From Eledone cirrhosa (Eukaryota), in assembly GCA_964016885.1 (NCBI GenBank), contig OZ024742.1, positions 27,404,001 to 27,468,000 on the forward strand: a stretch of 64,000 nt of DNA, written 5' to 3'. A program made the translations under genes and the position numbers. The notes under the pieces are model-generated. The model searched no databases. It had not been told where the DNA came from and was given only the letters and a program-made list of their open reading frames with translations. Every line of letters starts with the position of its first letter. The first letter of the stretch is position 1. Of the stretch, positions 58,652-64,000 are shown one piece after another.

Positions 58652-61600
58652 TTACAGATATATACTCAGAGTCGGCCCATTCACTCGGGCCATTCTTGCT
58701 TCTCTCACCCATCTTTCAACAAAATGCTGGGAAGAGAGCACTTCCTTCTCTACTCTGATTTTCCTTTTCAAATGAAATTTGAAAAAGTCAATCAGAGCAT
58801 CACCGAAGAGGTAAGTGCTCGTCTTCAGCCCTTTCAAACGTGTCCACCATACTATCTCTTTCGCCATGGCCACCAGACAGATAAAAACTGCCTGCCCTTC
58901 CCGGCTAAAGGAGGAGGGCGGGGCAATCCTCACGATAGACTCAGATGATAGCTGGATCCGTCCTAAACGCGACAGCAGGTGTTCGACATAAACCCACAAG
59001 TCAGCAATCTTCGGACACTGGACGAGTGCGTGCAGGACGGTTTCGTCGCCCTGCGCGCATCTCGGACATGCCCGGCTGACGGCACCTCCATGCCTGTAGA
59101 GTTTATCCCGAACTGGCAAGGCTCCTCGGTAGCACTGCCAGGCCAGAGATTTCTGGAAGTTGTCCATAGGCCCTGGCCCGAAAGTTCTTCCGAAGAGATT
59201 GGCTAGTTGATTTTCGTCGACGCCTAGAGTTTCCCCAAGTACGTCGTCGCTCTTCCCCTCCACTAATCCTCTATAGAACGCCGAGGTGGAGTTTCCACCG
59301 ATCACATTGCCCGATTGGTCGAGGGCTGTGAGCGCCTGAAGACATTCCAGTCTCCAGGCGCTCCCTCTCGGTCTTCGCTTGACCCAGGACTGCAGCTCCG
59401 TCAAGGAAACGAGCTGGGGAAAAACGCGTCTAGCAAACGGCGACCACACCTGATCACCGTCGAGGAAGAGGTGGAGATGTCGTAGCCTGAGCGCGTGCCT
59501 GCGCATCATCAGCCACGGCATGCCCAGCCCTCCACGTAGCGGGTGTTGACAACAGATGGACCGCCTGACCATCGGAGCACGTCCCTTCCACAAAAAGCGA
59601 AAGAGCAAACGCTCCAGCGCAGTCAGGCGAGGCTTAGGACAAGGTACGACGGTTAGGCGGTAACAGATGACAGACGCGATGTACGCGTTAGCCACCTCCG
59701 CTCGACCTTTCAGGGATAGCTTCCTCTCCGCCCATTTCTGGGTGAGAGAAGCCACCCTGCTCGTCACCTCGTCCCAGTTTTTGTCCGTCTGGAGGTCCGG
59801 ACCGAACCAGACCCCTAGCAATTTAATCGGTCCGTCCGTCCAGCGCCCGACGACGCTGTTGGACGGCATGGACCTGCCTCTCCAGGTGCCGAGCTGCAGG
59901 CCCACTGACTTTTCCTGGTTGATCATTGCTCCTGTCACCGCTTCGTATTCTCTTAGTGTAGTGCCGATCGCCTCGATGTGTTTGGCGTTCGACACCACTA
60001 CGGTGACATCGTCCGCATATGCTGACACGGATCTTCCGCATCCTAGTTCGCGCGGGACTCCCCTCAACGTCTCCAGTTTGTGCAGTAATGGCTCGAGAGT
60101 CAATACGTACAAGAGGGACGAGAGGGGACATCCTTGGCGGACCGAGCGCATGATGTTGAACGGTTCCGACAGGTGACCGTTCACTCTCACCACAGAGCAG
60201 ATGTCGCTGTGCATGGCAGCGATCCAGCCTCTGAAGACGGGCCCAAAGCCAGCCGCCCTCAGGACTGCCGCTAGGTAACGATGGTCGACCCTATCGAAAG
60301 CTTTCGACTGATCTAAATTGATCAAGGACCCACCCGTGCCAGGTTCCCTAGCTACCCTCTCTACGATGTATCGCATGAGGTGGAGGTTGTCGTGGATGGA
60401 TCTGTCGGGAATGGCGCATGTCTGCGCCTCTCCCACCAGACCACCAACGACAAGCGCCAACCTCTTTGCTAGCACCTTGGCCAAAATCTTAAACTCTGTG
60501 TTTAGCAGAGTTATGGGCCGGAAATTGTCTATGTTATCCCCCTTGTTCGGATCCTTTCTCAGCAGTGCCACCGCTCCTCGGCTCACAGAACTGGGAATTC
60601 TCCCGTTCTGTTGCCAGTTGCAGTAGACGTCCGCCAAGAGGCCTCCGAACAAGTCTGGCATCTGTACGTAAAGTTCATAGGGCAGACCATCCAAACCAGG
60701 CGATTTACCCCTTGTGCAGCCAGTCATTGCCTCCCGTACTTCAGCGGCTGTTATCGGCTTTTCGCAACACCTCGCCTCAGTGGCCGAGAGCCGCGGCAGC
60801 CCGTCGAGGTAGACACTAAAGTCCATCCCTCTACCCGGCCCCCCGCTGCCCCCGAACAGCTGAGCGAAGTGTCGCTGAAAAGCTTCACACATTTGCCCGG
60901 GATCGAGTAGCATGCGCCCGTCGTGGTCCACCAAAGACCGGATCGTGGCTTTGTTGCCACGACGCGCCTCCGCCACTCGGGCCCATTGAACGGCTTTCGT
61001 CCCCTCGTGTCTGAGAGCACGCACCCTAGCTCTGACAACGCAGCCTTCGTGCTTTGCATTGAAGAATTGGTCAAGGGCCAATTTCGCCGCAAGCACGTCG
61101 GTCGCAATGCCTTTGCTAAGCGCCTCGTCTAATTTTCTAACTAGTTCTCCCTCTGCTCTATTTTTCTCTATTGCTAAAGCCTTACTAAACCTAATCGATT
61201 CTATTCTAATCGCTCTTTTCAGAGCAAACCACCACTTGTTGTTGACGATGGCCCCCGTCAACGCCCGCTTAACTAGTTCGCTAATCCCGTCTCTGTAGGC
61301 CTTGCGCGCTGGTAAGGACGCGTTTAGCTTCCAGTAGCCGGGTCCTCGTCTATGAAGCCTATCTAAGTCAAGCACACAGGTCACGAATTTGTGGTCCGTG
61401 TAGCTGACTATCTTGAATTGTGGACAGCCTATGCTAGACCTATCTATTTCCCTACAAAATACTCTATCTAGATATGATCTGGATGACCCTATGCGGTTTG
61501 TCCAAGTCCACATTGGCACATTCGGGAAATCCAATCGGTACCTGTCAGACAGTTCAAAACGCCTGAGCAGGTTGGTGAGGCTCTTGCACCCTCCACCCCT

Positions 61601-62071
61601 ATCCGCTAATCCCACACAGTCCCAGCGTGCATCTAAGATCCCGTTCCAGTCGCCCACTAACACTAAAGAGCGGGACGTTCCAAGAAAGGTCTCCAGACGC
61701 CGGAAGAAATCAGGCCGCCCTGCTCCTGTCGGGGCATAGACGGCCACTAGCCTGAAAGATTGCCCGTCTCCGCTGGTCACGTCCAGCACCACCAGCTTAC
61801 CCTCTGGGTCCAGGAAGATGGCCCGTATGGCGAGATCCAAACCTCTCCGAAAAAGTACAGCAACTCCTCCACCGGATCCAGGACGGCTGGGAGATGCGTA
61901 CACATCGTAGCCGCCGAAGATCGGTGCGAAGGCCCGTGCTTCGGAGATTCTGGTCTCGCTGATGGCCACTACATCTATGTTTAGTGACCTGAGGTCGTTG
62001 AGCAGGTGACCCTGCTTCCATGACGACCCCAAGCCACGCGCATTTATGCTGCCTATTCTGAGTGAGGTCAT
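58652..62071 (-). CDS. LINE ORF2, 1139 aa: APE endonuclease, reverse transcriptase, zinc-binding domain
   Basis: Motifs GSINARG, GDWN, SYLDR, TDH, RQGCPLS, AYADD, CPRCAQGDETVLHALVQC. Same length as family B ORF2 and clearly homologous to it. Confidence 0.97.
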   Translation of the reverse strand: MTSLRIGSINARGLGSSWKQGHLLNDLRSLNIDVVAISETRISEARAFAPIFGGYDVYASPSRPGSGGGVAVLFRRGLDLAIRAIFLDPEGKLVVLDVTSGDGQSFRLVAVYAPTGAGRPDFFRRLETFLGTSRSLVLVGDWNGILDARWDCVGLADRGGGCKSLTNLLRRFELSDRYRLDFPNVPMWTWTNRIGSSRSYLDRVFCREIDRSSIGCPQFKIVSYTDHKFVTCVLDLDRLHRRGPGYWKLNASLPARKAYRDGISELVKRALTGAIVNNKWWFALKRAIRIESIRFSKALAIEKNRAEGELVRKLDEALSKGIATDVLAAKLALDQFFNAKHEGCVVRARVRALRHEGTKAVQWARVAEARRGNKATIRSLVDHDGRMLLDPGQMCEAFQRHFAQLFGGSGGPGRGMDFSVYLDGLPRLSATEARCCEKPITAAEVREAMTGCTRGKSPGLDGLPYELYVQMPDLFGGLLADVYCNWQQNGRIPSSVSRGAVALLRKDPNKGDNIDNFRPITLLNTEFKILAKVLAKRLALVVGGLVGEAQTCAIPDRSIHDNLHLMRYIVERVAREPGTGGSLINLDQSKAFDRVDHRYLAAVLRAAGFGPVFRGWIAAMHSDICSVVRVNGHLSEPFNIMRSVRQGCPLSSLLYVLTLEPLLHKLETLRGVPRELGCGRSVSAYADDVTVVVSNAKHIEAIGTTLREYEAVTGAMINQEKSVGLQLGTWRGRSMPSNSVVGRWTDGPIKLLGVWFGPDLQTDKNWDEVTSRVASLTQKWAERKLSLKGRAEVANAYIASVICYRLTVVPCPKPRLTALERLLFRFLWKGRAPMVRRSICCQHPLRGGLGMPWLMMRRHALRLRHLHLFLDGDQVWSPFARRVFPQLVSLTELQSWVKRRPRGSAWRLECLQALTALDQSGNVIGGNSTSAFYRGLVEGKSDDVLGETLGVDENQLANLFGRTFGPGPMDNFQKSLAWQCYRGALPVRDKLYRHGGAVSRACPRCAQGDETVLHALVQCPKIADLWVYVEHLLSRLGRIQLSSESIVRIAPPSSFSREGQAVFICLVAMAKEIVWWTRLKGLKTSTYLFGDALIDFFKFHLKRKIRVEKEVLSSQHFVERWVREARMARVNGPTLSIYL

Positions 62072-62106
62072 GTTTAAAATAGAGTGGAAAAGATGGGAAA
62101 GACCAC

Positions 62107-64000
62107 TTACCGTACTTTTGGTAGAGGAGGGATGGTTTTTACATCCCTTTTCACTTGATCGTCTGGTGAAGGGACCGTTGAATCGTCCCTTCGGCTGGTC
62201 GTCGGCTCTTCTAAGAGAATGTCTGAGTATACTCTTCGATTGATGGTTCCTCCTAGGTCCCTGAAATCACCAACTGCGTTGGGGAATTTCGTTTTAATAT
62301 TTGTGTATTGTTTCTGTGCTATTTTTAGCAGTCTTATGTTAGTTGGCGTTTTGATTGGTGCTGGTATTATGTAGTCCTGTTGTGAAATGTCTGTGTGTTC
62401 AATTATGTAAGTCATTAGTTTCTTGTTGTGTGTATTTATTGCCGTGCATTTGTTTTTCTGGGGGTGGGGTGTGGTTCTGCTATTTTCTTGTCGTTGTTGC
62501 TGGGTGTGTGTGTTTTGTTGTTGTGTTTGCGATGTTGGTGCTTGTGGTGGTGGTGTTGAAGGTGTTGTTGGCGGTGGGGTTGTCGCCGGTGGTGATGGTG
62601 GCGCTAGTGTGGGTGGTGATGGTGTTGGTGTTGTTGCTGCTGTGGGTCTCTTTGCAGTAGACTTTACCCTTTTCTCATTTCTTTCCTCCCTTTTCAAAGG
62701 CGACGATGCGCTGCTTCTGCGTTTGTACCTTCTTACGACCTTTTGCCATCTCTCTCCCACCTCACACTCCATGTCTGATTCTGTGAGGTCGGGGAGGGGT
62801 ACCAACTCCACTCTTTCACTTGTTGTTGTTGGTGATGTTTGCACTGGAGTCTCTGTTGCAGTTGCATTTGGTATTGCTGTTGTTGTTGTTAGTATTTCCA
62901 CTGCTGCTGCTGTTTTTGATTTCCGTGGAGTGGGTATGGGTGCCACGGGCCTATCGTTCCTGGTTGCCGCTTGTCCTGTTGCTGGTAGCCGTGGAGCCGG
63001 ATTCGGAAGGAGGGGGGTTTTCTCCTTTCTCAGGGTCTTCTCGTTGCAGAAGGCCCTGAGGTGAGTCTTCGATCCACAGCGAAAGCATTTCGGGCGTTTG
63101 CCCTCAACACTTATGGGCAGTTGAGTGCCGTTATCGAAGTCTATCACATCCGGGATAGCTTCGATGCACTCCTGGTTGGTTTGGATTAGCATCTCAATGG
63201 AGGAGCCGACCCAATCTTCTCTTACTTTTTTCTGTACTTGCAGTACAGTTGTTTTGTCCTCGATTCCGACGAGGACAGACGCGGCCAGCCAAGAAGGGGT
63301 CATTCCGGGGGGGACGTGGGTCAGTTTGACCCTCACAATTTTTTGCCCGCAGTAGGAGGGCACCAACACCATTTCCTCGCTCCTTAGGGTCACTACTGAT
63401 TGGGCCTTTGCCTCCTGGGGTGTGGCAAAAAGTACGTCTACGGTGGCGTATTTTTTGCCTCGGGTGATGTGCGTTTTCCTCTGCCACACAGACCCCAAGG
63501 CTTTTTGTATTTGGGCCTCTGTGGCTCTTTCCACCCTACGGGATTTTGTACTTACTGTACGGTACGTGACCGTACAGTGCTCTTGGGTTTCGAAAAAATT
63601 TTTCGCTGCCTTGCAGATTGCTCGGTGTCCGTTCTTTGTCACCATCTTCTTCGCTTCCTCTAATTCCTCATTTGTTATGAGGATTGTTTCCAAGTTTTTC
63701 GCAATACCTGCAAATGAGATTGGTTTTTCTCTGCTGTTGTTGTTGTCGTCAGAGCTGCTGGTACTTTTGTTGTTGCTGCAGGTACTACGACTACTGCCTC
63801 CGCCGCTGTTGCTGTGGTTGTTGTTGGTGTTGCTGCTGCTAATGCTGTTGTTGTTTATGCTGCTGGTGATGCTGTTGCGGCTGCTACTGTTGTTTTCATT
63901 GTCACTGTTGCTGTTGTTATTACGGCTGCTACTGCTATTATTCCTGACGTCAGACGAATGAACTGGGTTTTCGTATTTCCCGCACACCTGTTTCGTCGCT
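62107..64000 (-). CDS. LINE ORF1, N-terminus cut by the window edge
   Basis: Open frame with an Asn/Ser tract, SFAGIA and the CCHC knuckle CFRCGSKTHLRAFC. Homologous to 26211-28371. Confidence 0.93.
   Translation of the reverse strand, partial: ATKQVCGKYENPVHSSDVRNNSSSSRNNNSNSDNENNSSSRNSITSSINNNSISSSNTNNNHSNSGGGSSRSTCSNNKSTSSSDDNNNSREKPISFAGIAKNLETILITNEELEEAKKMVTKNGHRAICKAAKNFFETQEHCTVTYRTVSTKSRRVERATEAQIQKALGSVWQRKTHITRGKKYATVDVLFATPQEAKAQSVVTLRSEEMVLVPSYCGQKIVRVKLTHVPPGMTPSWLAASVLVGIEDKTTVLQVQKKVREDWVGSSIEMLIQTNQECIEAIPDVIDFDNGTQLPISVEGKRPKCFRCGSKTHLRAFCNEKTLRKEKTPLLPNPAPRLPATGQAATRNDRPVAPIPTPRKSKTAAAVEILTTTTAIPNATATETPVQTSPTTTSERVELVPLPDLTESDMECEVGERWQKVVRRYKRRSSASSPLKREERNEKRVKSTAKRPTAATTPTPSPPTLAPPSPPATTPPPTTPSTPPPQAPTSQTQQQNTHTQQQRQENSRTTPHPQKNKCTAINTHNKKLMTYIIEHTDISQQDYIIPAPIKTPTNIRLLKIAQKQYTNIKTKFPNAVGDFRDLGGTINRRVYSDILLEEPTTSRRDDSTVPSPDDQVKRDVKTIPPLPKVR

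Larger units (their letters stand above)
58389..64000 (-). mobile_element. Tx1/L1-clade LINE, family A copy 2, with open ORFs; 5' end lies beyond the window
   Basis: Open ORF1 and ORF2. The 3'UTR is nearly identical to 31773-32023 and is followed by an (ATT)10 tract. Confidence 0.96.

Noticed and set aside
53034-63961. Antisense and alternate-frame ORFs inside the LINEs (e.g. 56332-56958, 62423-63064)
   Set aside because: They are shadows of GC-rich or low-complexity coding sequence with no recognisable domains.

Overview
This is AT-rich animal genomic DNA dominated by (TA)n, (CA)n and (ATT)n microsatellites and by mobile elements. The repeat complement (CORE-like and Meta-like tRNA-derived SINEs, massive TA tracts) suggests a cephalopod, probably an octopus; this is inference. 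No recognisable host protein gene was found, only a few plausible + strand exons. The contents are: (1) three Tx1/L1-clade LINEs of two families, a decayed copy at 26.0-32.0 kb (+) and a head-to-tail pair with open ORFs at 52.6-58.4 kb and 58.4-64 kb (-), with every visible end abutting an (ATT)n tract; (2) a Penelope-like GIY-YIG remnant and many non-coding Penelope-type fragments that carry about a dozen minimal type-I hammerhead ribozyme motifs, usually embedded in (TA)n; (3) about 25 SINE copies or fragments, whose main family has a 3' end resembling the LINE 3' end; (4) a head-to-tail Helitron array with SINE capture; (5) a mariner-type MITE whose interior has expanded into a 143-bp satellite; (6) RTE and R4/Dong relics and a probable solo LTR. 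The most interesting candidates are the (ATT)n-targeting LINE/SINE pair with a putative ORF1-only splice, and the dense, covarying hammerhead ribozyme families. All alignments and folds were done by eye.
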